A stretch of 64,000 nucleotides of DNA. Source: an uncultured Spirochaetia bacterium. GTDB lineage: Bacteria; Spirochaetota; UBA4802; UBA5368. Every line of letters begins with the position of its first letter. The stretch's first letter is position 1. The translations under genes and the position numbers were made by a program. Location: assembly GCA_937877025.1 (NCBI GenBank), contig CALEGE010000030.1, positions 34,647 through 98,646 of the forward strand, given 5' to 3'. Positions 20,283 through 28,723 of the stretch are shown here, one piece after another. The notes beneath the pieces were generated by a model. It saw nothing but the letters and a program-made list of their open reading frames with translations, searched no databases and had not been told where the DNA came from.

Positions 20283-21992
20283 ATGCAATCCGCCAGAGCA
20301 CATATCCTGCCCTGTATTTTCGTGTTATATTGTGTGTTTTCGGCGCCGTTTGTGCGCGCCGAGTTATTGTGGCCTATCGACAGGCCGCGGCAGATTACGG
20401 GGACGTTTTGCGAGTCCCGTGGAACCAGGTTTCATTACGGAATTGATATAAGCTGTGCGGGAAAAAAGGGCTTCCCCATATACGCGGTGGACGACGGACA
20501 TGTAAGCACTGTAATATACGAGAAATGGGGGATCGGGTATGCGGTTTTTGTGACACACCGAAACGGCCTGAAAAGCTTCTATGGACACATGGACCGTTTC
20601 GCCCCGGATGTTTTGCGCAACACGCGTGTTACGGCGTATGAAAAAAATATCCTCGATAGAAAAGACTTTAGGGTGGATCTTGGAGAAAAGGATCTTGCCG
20701 TAACACGGGGGATGATACTGGGATATTCCGGTGATAGCGGGATCGGGAAGGAACATTTCCACTTTGAGCTCCGGAACGGGGACAATGTGAACCTGAATCC
20801 CCTGAAATACGGCATATCGGTTCCCGACGTATCTCCGCCCGTGTTCAGCGAGGTGCGCATGGCGCCCCTGGATGGATATGCCGCGGTTAACGGCGGCATC
20901 GATGAAGTATCGTATAACGTACAAGCTGATAACAACAAGGGCCCATATCGGCTTTCGGGGGGCGCGGTTCCCAGGATAGCCGGCCGTGTCGGTGTAAAGG
21001 TGGTCGTCTATGATCGCGCGGGATACACAAGCCGAGTGGCGCCGTATAAAATCGAACTCCATGTAAATAATGCAAAAACGTATGAAATAGTTTTTGATAC
21101 GTCAAGCCGCGCCGATGCGCGCCGAATGGGACTGGTGTATGATTATAACGAGACGTCAGGATCGAGGTATACGTATTATCTATATTCCAGGATCAGCGGC
21201 GGCGGATTGCTGGATACCGCGAACATATCAGGGAATATTCCGATAACAATCGTTGCATATGACGCCAGCGGCAATACATCTGTCCTCTCAATGCAAATAC
21301 GCGCGGAAAGGCCGCTCGATACCCCTGCGTACGTACTGACGCCGAACTTGAAGGTTGGTAGAAAACTGCGCCTTAACTCGTCCGACAGCGCGTGTATGGT
21401 CGAGTTCGATACAAGGGCGGCGCTCTACGATGAATCTATTACGCTGGCGCAATACGCGCCCTTCCCCTCACCGATGCAAGGGTTGAGCGTCGTAAGTAAT
21501 GTTTACGATGTTGCACCGTCGAACCTGTGCACAATGACACCCGCGAATATCAGCATTGCATGCAATGAAAACAGCCGTGAGAAGGTCGGAATGTATTCGC
21601 TTGATAGGAAAAGCAATACGTTTTTCTTCGTCGGCAACATGTACAATGCACGTAAAAAGGCGTTCAATGCGCGTGTTTTCAAAATGGGGGGATTTTTTCT
21701 CTTGAAAGATGAGATTCCGCCTGTCATACATTCAAAAGCGATAGTAAAGGCGCGGCGGGGTAACGGCATAAAAATCAAGGTCTCGGATATCGGACACGGG
21801 CTTGACCTCGATGCGGTCACGCTTCGGGTGGACGGTGTTGACGTCGTCTGGTACTACGATTTCGATTACGGGTACATTGAAATACTGCCGCACAATGCGA
21901 TATGGCAAAAAGGCCGGCATGCGATCACTCTGCAGGTAGTGGATTTGGCCGGCAATAAATCCGAAGTGAAAACAATAGAATATTCAATCTGA
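20283..21992 (+). CDS. Exported M23/LytM metallopeptidase with C-terminal Ig-like domains
   Basis: Signal peptide; Zn ligands HYGID, YGHM, HFHFE intact. Confidence 0.88.
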   Translation: MQSARAHILPCIFVLYCVFSAPFVRAELLWPIDRPRQITGTFCESRGTRFHYGIDISCAGKKGFPIYAVDDGHVSTVIYEKWGIGYAVFVTHRNGLKSFYGHMDRFAPDVLRNTRVTAYEKNILDRKDFRVDLGEKDLAVTRGMILGYSGDSGIGKEHFHFELRNGDNVNLNPLKYGISVPDVSPPVFSEVRMAPLDGYAAVNGGIDEVSYNVQADNNKGPYRLSGGAVPRIAGRVGVKVVVYDRAGYTSRVAPYKIELHVNNAKTYEIVFDTSSRADARRMGLVYDYNETSGSRYTYYLYSRISGGGLLDTANISGNIPITIVAYDASGNTSVLSMQIRAERPLDTPAYVLTPNLKVGRKLRLNSSDSACMVEFDTRAALYDESITLAQYAPFPSPMQGLSVVSNVYDVAPSNLCTMTPANISIACNENSREKVGMYSLDRKSNTFFFVGNMYNARKKAFNARVFKMGGFFLLKDEIPPVIHSKAIVKARRGNGIKIKVSDIGHGLDLDAVTLRVDGVDVVWYYDFDYGYIEILPHNAIWQKGRHAITLQVVDLAGNKSEVKTIEYSI

Positions 21993-21993
21993 T

Positions 21994-23037
21994 ATGAGTA
22001 TTTATTTAAGCGGCAATCCGCTTCCATGGCTTCTGGAGGAAGCCGATCCTGAAATACGGTATGTCACGCTTCGCGACATATGCGGAGGGTGCGGTCAGTC
22101 CATGCTCAATGCCGCGTATGCCGATCTTTATACCTCAATGCCGGTAAAAAATCTTTTCAGGGGCGCACGTAACGGCGTGTTCGGGGATGCGTCGCATTTT
22201 GACCTGTTTTATCGGGGCGCGATGTGGTGTTTCGCGGAAGCGGTTGAGTATGGGCTCGACAGACGTGAAGCGCTTGTGGAAACGACGGCCGAATTTTTAT
22301 TGTTGCGCTGCCAGAGCGAAAGCGGCGGTTTTATTCTGAACTGGAAGCCGGCACGGGTGGCGGCGTGCAGGACCGGAGATATGATTCGTTATCTCTTCCG
22401 TGCGGGTTTTGACGACGAGCGCATACACAGGGGGATCGATTGGATTGTACGTCACCAGCGTCACGACGGTGGCTGGCTGCACTGTCCGATATCCGGAGCG
22501 TTCGGGATGCTGAATTTTATGCTGCTGCAGCGCTCCGGCGATTGCGCCGCCAGGGACGCCGATGAGAGCGTTCCAAGCTGTCCATACGCATCCATCGCGT
22601 GCCTGATGGCGCTTCTCGAGTCTGCCTCCACGCACCTGCGCGCGGGAGACGCTATCCGGCGGGAAGCGGAGTTTTTTCTGGCCAACCGTATGTTTTGCAG
22701 CGGGAAATCGTGGCGTAAGGGACTGCCGTGCGTCACGGGCTGGAGACGCGGAGATATGGTTCGCATCGGCTATCCTGTGCTGTCGCAGTATGATGTGCTC
22801 TACGGGCTTGTTGGTATTGCGCGGGCCGGTTATTTTAACGACGCGAGGACCGGGGAGGCGTTTAACGCGGTGATGTCACGGCAAAATCCGGATGGCACGT
22901 GGAACATGGAACGCGCTGCGCAGGGCATGCTTGTCTCGGGCAGACGTGCGGTTGGGAAAAAAAACAAATGGGTGACGCTCAATGCCATGCGGTTGCTGCG
23001 ATATGCGCGCCTGCTTAACGATGAACGATTTGATTAG
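21994..23037 (+). CDS. Prenyltransferase/squalene-cyclase (QW) repeat-containing hypothetical protein
   Basis: 'WLLEEADPEIRY', repeats QSESGGF, QRHDGGW, QNPDGTW, C-terminal 'KWVTLNAMR'. Confidence 0.7.
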   Translation: MSIYLSGNPLPWLLEEADPEIRYVTLRDICGGCGQSMLNAAYADLYTSMPVKNLFRGARNGVFGDASHFDLFYRGAMWCFAEAVEYGLDRREALVETTAEFLLLRCQSESGGFILNWKPARVAACRTGDMIRYLFRAGFDDERIHRGIDWIVRHQRHDGGWLHCPISGAFGMLNFMLLQRSGDCAARDADESVPSCPYASIACLMALLESASTHLRAGDAIRREAEFFLANRMFCSGKSWRKGLPCVTGWRRGDMVRIGYPVLSQYDVLYGLVGIARAGYFNDARTGEAFNAVMSRQNPDGTWNMERAAQGMLVSGRRAVGKKNKWVTLNAMRLLRYARLLNDERFD

Positions 23038-23834
23038 TTGAAAAAAGCGTAACCTGCCGAGATAATGCACCCGAGCGAATCAATTACGCCCGAGGACTTT
23101 CCGTTAAAGTATGTCGCGCCATTCTTTTTTACATCCATTGGGCCGCCGAAATCGATCATGTTCCTTGTCCAGTCGGCCCCGACTGAGATGAACAGTCCCC
23201 CCGAAAAATACAGCGTGCAGTTCAATTCGGCGCCGTAGGTAAATCCGTTCATGGATTTTTTTCTTTTTCCGCTTATATCACTGCTCAGTATTTGGCCGGC
23301 GACCGGCGCCGCCTCATAACGCGCGAACGCATACCCGATAACGGGCGTAAGCGTAAAATCCCACATTTTGCGTGATGTCGTGTGAAATGAAGGGCCGACG
23401 GACAGGGATATGTCCTGATACAGATATCCGCGCCAGTTTTCGTAATCGGGCCCGAAATTGGAACGCTGCACTATAGCCGTGCGCTTCAACCGGCTCTTTA
23501 TGCCGACATAGTCGATTGGCATGTATTCGAATACAAGGCCCATGCCGAATGAAAGGTGCGATACCTCGACCAGCTTCGTGGTGCCTGATCCGCTGAATGT
23601 GTAGGTGGAGCCTTTGACGAAGTTGTTTTCGGCATCGATGCTGTTGCCGTAAGGAACGCCGATTGAAAAAAATCCCCCGAGCAGCATTTGTCCCTTGTGC
23701 GCGCCCTCCGGCGGCTTGTCGAGCTCGTCGAAATCGGCGGCATGTGCGGTATGAAGCGGCAAAAACATGCACATACAGACGAAACAAATAAAAAACGCGA
23801 TAGCGGCAAAAATTCTGAAAAGGCGCGCTTGCAT
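23034..23834 (-). CDS. Probable outer-membrane beta-barrel protein
   Basis: RBS AGGAG 6 nt before ATG 23834; signal peptide ending AHA; alternating Gly/aromatic beta-strands; C-terminus AGYAFFN. Confidence 0.65.
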   Translation of the reverse strand: MQARLFRIFAAIAFFICFVCMCMFLPLHTAHAADFDELDKPPEGAHKGQMLLGGFFSIGVPYGNSIDAENNFVKGSTYTFSGSGTTKLVEVSHLSFGMGLVFEYMPIDYVGIKSRLKRTAIVQRSNFGPDYENWRGYLYQDISLSVGPSFHTTSRKMWDFTLTPVIGYAFARYEAAPVAGQILSSDISGKRKKSMNGFTYGAELNCTLYFSGGLFISVGADWTRNMIDFGGPMDVKKNGATYFNGKSSGVIDSLGCIISAGYAFFN

Positions 23835-23900
23835 ATGCATCTCCTGCGCGCGTATACGCGTATATGCAGGTGATAAAAAGGCATTGAATTTCATGTTAAA

Positions 23901-23928
23901 AGTATATACGGTTCGGATCGGATGTCAA
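23901..23928 (-). promoter_or_regulatory. sigma70-like promoter
   Basis: TTGACA-N16-TATACT on the minus strand. Confidence 0.55.
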
Positions 23929-24157
23929 TATTAATTAAACAACTGTACATATGATATATGGCTGTATTCATGCTGCGTAATGTGCAAGATGTGAACAATT
24001 GCGTTACGTGGATGGTCGACATAAAAAAATCTTTACTATTTTGCATGAATTGTCTGAATGATGTGCTTGATAGTAATTTAATATATCAGGGGAACAGGTA
24101 CATGCCATGAAGCGGAGAGATGCTGCGTCGAAGGTGCGCCCTCATGACGGTTCGAAA

Positions 24158-25354
24158 ATGAAGATACTTATAATAAATTATGAGTTTCCACCACTTGGCG
24201 GCGGCGGAGGCGTGGCAAGCAATGACCTTGCCCTGGAATGGGCGAAAACCGCGCAGGTCGATGTGCTTACGTCGTGGTACAGGGGGTTGCCGTACTACGA
24301 GGAGGTACACGGCATCCGCGTGTACCGTGCGAAAATATTTTTCAGAAAATCCCGCGACGCCGCGACGTTCATCTCGATGCTCTCATATCTTCCGTTTGGG
24401 TTTTTCAAGGGACTTCGTTTGTGCAGGGAAAACCGGTATGATGTCATCAATACGCATTTTGCCGTTCCATCGGGTCCTCTGGGCTATGTGCTGGGAAAAA
24501 TCTTCCGTATTCCGAACGTGCTTTCGCTGCATGGCGGCGATATTTACGATCCGAGCAAAAAAATGTCGCCGCATAAGAGTCCTTTTTTTTCGCGTGTTGT
24601 CAGATTCATTTTAAATTGCGCCGACAGGATTGTGGCGCAGTCGAGCAATACCAGGGATAATACGATACGTTACTATGCTCCAAAAAAGGAGATAGAGATC
24701 ATCCCCCTTGCGTTTCATCCGCCCGTGCTGCCCCGCATTACAAGAAAAAAACTCGGTATCGCCGATACGGATTTTATTCTCGTTACGATTGGACGGTTAA
24801 TAAAAAGAAAGGCCATTGACGTTATGATAGAAGCGCTGCTGGAAGCGGACGATGCGAACATCAAACTTATGATCATGGGGGATGGTCCGGAGCGTGAGTA
24901 TCTTGAATCGCTTGTGAAGCGGATGAAGCTTCAGAAAAGGGTTACGTTTCTCGGTTTTGTATCCGATCAGGATAAGTATAACTATCTCTCGACCGCCGAT
25001 CTTTTCATTTCGACATCGCTGCACGAGGGATTCGGGATCGTCTTCATGGAGGCGATGCACTGCGGCCTGCCGATCGTATGCAGCGATGTGGGGGGGCAAG
25101 TGGATTTTCTGAGGGATGAGGAAAACGCGCTGCTTGTGCCGGTCGGCGATGCGCGCAGGTGCGCGGAATCGGTACAACGATTTTATACTGATAAAAAACT
25201 GTATTCGAAATGCTCCGGGAATAATATAAAGAAGGTGAAGGATTTCCTGGCCGCACCAGTTGCGCGGAACTATGTCGAAATATTCAATGAAGTGACCGGA
25301 TTACATGGTGAGGGTAGTGGGAAGGAGTTACGGGCTTTTATCAAACAACCATGA
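24158..25354 (+). CDS. Glycosyltransferase family 4 (GT-B)
   Basis: 'MKILIINYEFPPLGGGGG', 'GRLIKRK', 'HEGFGIVFMEAMHCGLPIVCSDVGG'. Confidence 0.92.
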   Translation: MKILIINYEFPPLGGGGGVASNDLALEWAKTAQVDVLTSWYRGLPYYEEVHGIRVYRAKIFFRKSRDAATFISMLSYLPFGFFKGLRLCRENRYDVINTHFAVPSGPLGYVLGKIFRIPNVLSLHGGDIYDPSKKMSPHKSPFFSRVVRFILNCADRIVAQSSNTRDNTIRYYAPKKEIEIIPLAFHPPVLPRITRKKLGIADTDFILVTIGRLIKRKAIDVMIEALLEADDANIKLMIMGDGPEREYLESLVKRMKLQKRVTFLGFVSDQDKYNYLSTADLFISTSLHEGFGIVFMEAMHCGLPIVCSDVGGQVDFLRDEENALLVPVGDARRCAESVQRFYTDKKLYSKCSGNNIKKVKDFLAAPVARNYVEIFNEVTGLHGEGSGKELRAFIKQP

Positions 25355-25973
25355 ATTGATCGTCGATTTTAAAGAAAACGGCAATAACGGCGATCTGCGC
25401 CAGTACCGCTCTATTGACGCGGTGAAGGGTGATGAAATCTCGATGCTCTTCATCGATGTCGATTTTTTTGAATCGGCCGACCTTGTTCAGTTTTATCTTT
25501 CGAAAATTCGGAAAAAATTGCAGGGGATCCCCGTCGTCCTTATCCTGAGGGTCGGATACTTGGATTATTTGAATGTCGATTGGTTTTTTGATGAGTTCAT
25601 TTTATATCCGTTCAGAAAGAATGAGCTGAAAACGCGCGTAAAGCGGCTTCTCTGGGATAAAAACCTCATCGACGACGCGAATATCATCGGCATAGGAAAT
25701 CTGAAAATAAATCTTTCCGAATATTCCGTTTACATGAATAATGAGAAGCTCGATTTCACGTATAAAGAATTCGAGTTGCTGCGGCTGTTTGTACAGAACC
25801 GGGGTCTTGTATTTACCAGAAAGGACCTCCTGGAAAAAATCTGGGGGATGGAATATATCGGCGGCACGAGAACGGTTGATGTGCATATACGTCGGTTGCG
25901 GAGCAAGCTTGGCGACGAATTCAATTCCGTTATTGAAACGGTGCGGAATGTCGGATACCGGTGCAGGGTGTGA
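25305..25973 (+). CDS. OmpR/PhoB-type winged-helix regulator with atypical receiver domain
   Basis: C-terminal 'FTYKEFELL...TRKDLLEKIWG...TRTVDVHIRRLRSKL...IETVRNVGY'; receiver lacks the acidic pair and conserved Lys (LYPF). Confidence 0.88.
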   Translation: MVRVVGRSYGLLSNNHELIVDFKENGNNGDLRQYRSIDAVKGDEISMLFIDVDFFESADLVQFYLSKIRKKLQGIPVVLILRVGYLDYLNVDWFFDEFILYPFRKNELKTRVKRLLWDKNLIDDANIIGIGNLKINLSEYSVYMNNEKLDFTYKEFELLRLFVQNRGLVFTRKDLLEKIWGMEYIGGTRTVDVHIRRLRSKLGDEFNSVIETVRNVGYRCRV

Positions 25974-26000
25974 TGGGTGTGATGGGTGTGATGGGTGTGA
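25966..26000 (+). repeat. Tandem 9-mer (GGGTGTGAT) x ~3.9
   Basis: GGGTGTGAT GGGTGTGAT GGGTGTGAT GGGTGTGA read directly; the first copy contains the regulator's stop codon. Confidence 0.95.
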
Positions 26001-26205
26001 AAATTGCTTGATCTTTTAGATATATTTCCAATACTATCCAAAATTTTTTTGTTGAATACGGACGATCGGTCGATTATTCCCAAGAACTATTACTAATATA
26101 GGTATTATGATGTGTGCCCCCTTGATTGCCCGAATATCCTGATGAAGAATTTTGAATACGGATTCAGGAAGATGATAATTGTTATAATTCCCATTGAGAG
26201 GTTGT

Positions 26206-26697
26206 ATGAATAAGGAGAAGAAGATCGAAAAAATCTTGGATTCCGCCATGTCTGATGACCTGACCGATTATGTGAAACTCATGAAAGCGATGCGTAAACG
26301 GATGCCTTTTTTCGGCGGAACAAAGCGTATCGCGGCAGCGCTTCTTAAAGATGCTCTTGGAGACATATCCGGTATTGACCTGTCGCTTGAAAAAATATTT
26401 AAAAAATCTGCTGTCGGCAAGGTTATTTTCGAGGATATCAAGGATGGCAAGGCGCGCCTTTTTATAAACATCGGCAAGAACCACGGAATTTCCCCGGGCG
26501 ATCTCATTCGGGAGATCGTAAAGCGCTCCGGTGTCGACGGCAAACAGATAGGAAAAATTGACATTCATTCCACATACTCCTTTATCGAAATACCAGAGCA
26601 GTATGGCGAGCTTGTATTGCTGTCATTTGAAAATGTAAAGGTAAAGGGTGTTCCGATTGTGATAGAACCGGCAAAAAAGAGGAAGAAGAATAATTGA
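26206..26697 (+). CDS. Stand-alone DbpA-type RNA-binding domain protein
   Basis: 'RLFINIGKNHGISPGDL...IGKIDIHSTYSFIEIP'; no helicase core. Confidence 0.82.
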   Translation: MNKEKKIEKILDSAMSDDLTDYVKLMKAMRKRMPFFGGTKRIAAALLKDALGDISGIDLSLEKIFKKSAVGKVIFEDIKDGKARLFINIGKNHGISPGDLIREIVKRSGVDGKQIGKIDIHSTYSFIEIPEQYGELVLLSFENVKVKGVPIVIEPAKKRKKNN

Positions 26698-27533
26698 CGG
26701 AGCCTGCCAGGGAAATCTGTCCTGTGTGCGGTTCATCGAACGGTCGGCGAATCGGCGGTTTGTGCGCGCACTTTCTGAAATGCGGAAAATGTAAAATTGT
26801 GTATAATGCCGGGTATGCGCCGCTGCGGTATGATGACAGTTATTTTCTGGAGCAGTACAAGTCCCAATACGGCAAAACCTACGAAGAAGATGAGGATGCA
26901 ATACGCGCCCTGTCGTCGCGGCGTATCGATACTATTTTCAAGGTGTGGGGAAGGGATGGCGACAGGAGTGCGCTGCGCCTTCTTGATATCGGATCAGCCC
27001 TCGGATTCTTTTTAAAAACCGCGCGTGAGATGAATATCGGCAGCGTTGAGGGAGTCGAGATTTCGTCGTATGCGGCGCGGTACTGCCGAAAAAAATTGCG
27101 TATCAATGTCGCCAATGCGTCGTTTGACGACCTCCAACTTGATACGACATTCGATATCATAACAGCGTGGTATTTTATCGAGCATTGCAGTGATCCGGCG
27201 GCGGTGGCGCAAAAAATTTATGCGCTGCTTAACATTAATGGAATTTTCGCCCTGTCGGTCCCTTCTTTTTTCGGCCCCCTGTATTATTTCAATAGAAAGC
27301 AATGGATAGAGAGTCATCCAGTCGATCATCGAATAGACCTGTCCCCTCGTTCAGCGGCGGGCTTTTTGAAAAGAATCGGTTTTAGAAAGGTAATACTGCG
27401 AGCCGGGGGGCTGCATCCTGAAAGGGTATTTGACACAAATTCCATGTTTTTTAAACCATTCGCCGCGGCTTATACAAAAATATCGACAAGGATCAATTTT
27501 TCGGACACACTGGAGATATATGCCATCAAATAA
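26694..27533 (+). CDS. Class I SAM-dependent methyltransferase with N-terminal Zn-ribbon
   Basis: CPVC...CGKC; LLDIGSALGFF; 'FDIITAWYFIEH'; overlaps the upstream stop. Confidence 0.85.
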   Translation: MTEPAREICPVCGSSNGRRIGGLCAHFLKCGKCKIVYNAGYAPLRYDDSYFLEQYKSQYGKTYEEDEDAIRALSSRRIDTIFKVWGRDGDRSALRLLDIGSALGFFLKTAREMNIGSVEGVEISSYAARYCRKKLRINVANASFDDLQLDTTFDIITAWYFIEHCSDPAAVAQKIYALLNINGIFALSVPSFFGPLYYFNRKQWIESHPVDHRIDLSPRSAAGFLKRIGFRKVILRAGGLHPERVFDTNSMFFKPFAAAYTKISTRINFSDTLEIYAIK

Positions 27534-27584
27534 AATGATTTAGAGTAAATATTGATTTTTTGAGCATATGGCGTTAAAATACTA

Positions 27585-27612
27585 TTGACAATTAAGGATT
27601 TTAATTTATTAT
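27585..27612 (+). promoter_or_regulatory. sigma70-like promoter of the rpmH operon
   Basis: TTGACA-N16-TATTAT; a second candidate TTGATT-N17-TAAAAT at 27552-27580. Confidence 0.55.
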
Positions 27613-27767
27613 TCCCTCCCTTAGTGTCAGGGATGGGCCGTGTAGTATTCTGCTGTTGTAATAGACAGTGCGCTATGATATGTGATCGCTTCTTGGCTGT
27701 GTGCCATTGGGCACGCCGGAAATTGAAAATATATGTTCAGCAATGTTAAAATAATGAGGTATAAGCA

Positions 27768-27926
27768 ATGAAAATGACATTTCAGCCAAGCCGTATCAAA
27801 CGGTACAGAAAGCATGGATTTCGTGCGCGAATGAGCACTCCTGAAGGACAGGAAGTATTGCGAAGGAGAAGGGCGAAAGGACGGCATAAACTTACAGTAT
27901 CTGATGAAAAAAGGCTGCCGAAATAA
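27768..27926 (+). CDS. rpmH: 50S ribosomal protein L34 (absent from the ORF track)
   Basis: Hand translation [52 protein letters not shown]; RBS GAGGT; directly before rnpA. Confidence 0.97.
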   Translation: MKMTFQPSRIKRYRKHGFRARMSTPEGQEVLRRRRAKGRHKLTVSDEKRLPK

Positions 27927-27933
27927 GTAAAAG

Positions 27934-28314
27934 GTGAAAAAGAGTTATTCCTTAAAGGGGAAGGATGGTTTTAGAGAGGTTTTCAAAAGAGGAAGACGAT
28001 ATACCAGCGGCGGGATTCAATTGATAGTGCTACGACAGAAAAACACGGGGGAATCTGCGGAGAAAAAAAACTCCATTATGCGGGATCGGACAACAAAGAT
28101 AGGTATCTCCATAAACAGCAGATATGGAATGGCGGTCGAAAGGAATAAGGCGAAGAGGCGATTGAGAGCCCTCTGCGGTGAATTGATGCCCGTGATGGAA
28201 GAAGGCTATTGTGTCGTGCTGCGGCCGGACAATAATTTTAAAAACGTGCGGTATGAGCACGCACAGGAAAATATACGGCGCTTGTTTAAAAAGGCGGGTG
28301 TGCTAAAACAATGA
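27934..28314 (+). CDS. rnpA: Ribonuclease P protein component
   Basis: 'FREVFKRGRR', 'KIGISI', 'AVERNKAKRRLR'; synteny. Confidence 0.93.
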   Translation: MKKSYSLKGKDGFREVFKRGRRYTSGGIQLIVLRQKNTGESAEKKNSIMRDRTTKIGISINSRYGMAVERNKAKRRLRALCGELMPVMEEGYCVVLRPDNNFKNVRYEHAQENIRRLFKKAGVLKQ

Positions 28315-28538
28315 CCATAAGCGGGGTACTCACACGGGTGTTGATAGGGATTCTCAGGCTGTATAAAATGGCCATATCACCGTATTTGCCACCTTCCTGC
28401 AGGTTCAGCCCGACGTGTTCGGTATACGCGATAGAAGCGTTAAAAAAGCACGGAATAATAAAAGGGCTGGTGCTGACTGTATTGAGAGTCGCGCGATGTA
28501 ATCCGTTTTGCAAGGGCGGATATGATCCGGTTCCATAA
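28311..28538 (+). CDS. yidD: Membrane protein insertion efficiency factor
   Basis: 'ISPYLPPSCRFSPTCSVYA...RCNPFCKGGYDPVP'. Confidence 0.95.
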   Translation: MTISGVLTRVLIGILRLYKMAISPYLPPSCRFSPTCSVYAIEALKKHGIIKGLVLTVLRVARCNPFCKGGYDPVP

Positions 28539-28723
28539 ATAGTTTTTCCTCTTCTGTATCCCTCATAATGCCTTCTCTTTTCCTGATTATTAGGAATGCT
28601 GCAGTTATACCATGAATGTATTTTCGCGAACACCGGGAGCAATGCGATTAAATACGAAATATTCGTCGCGTGAAGTAGTTATGCGGGCAATATTTACTAT
28701 ATATTATTTTTAAGGATGGCGTC

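Noticed and set aside
23834-23901. Leaderless start at ATG 23894, 7 nt from the -10 box
   Set aside because: A good AGGAG RBS and a normal-length signal peptide favour ATG 23834
25966-26000. CRISPR or telomere-like array
   Set aside because: Only a 9-bp unit with no spacers and no cas genes; kept as a simple tandem repeat
27534-27767. Possible oriC upstream of rpmH
   Set aside because: No DnaA-box cluster and no dnaA; the AT-rich part is explained by two promoter-like elements
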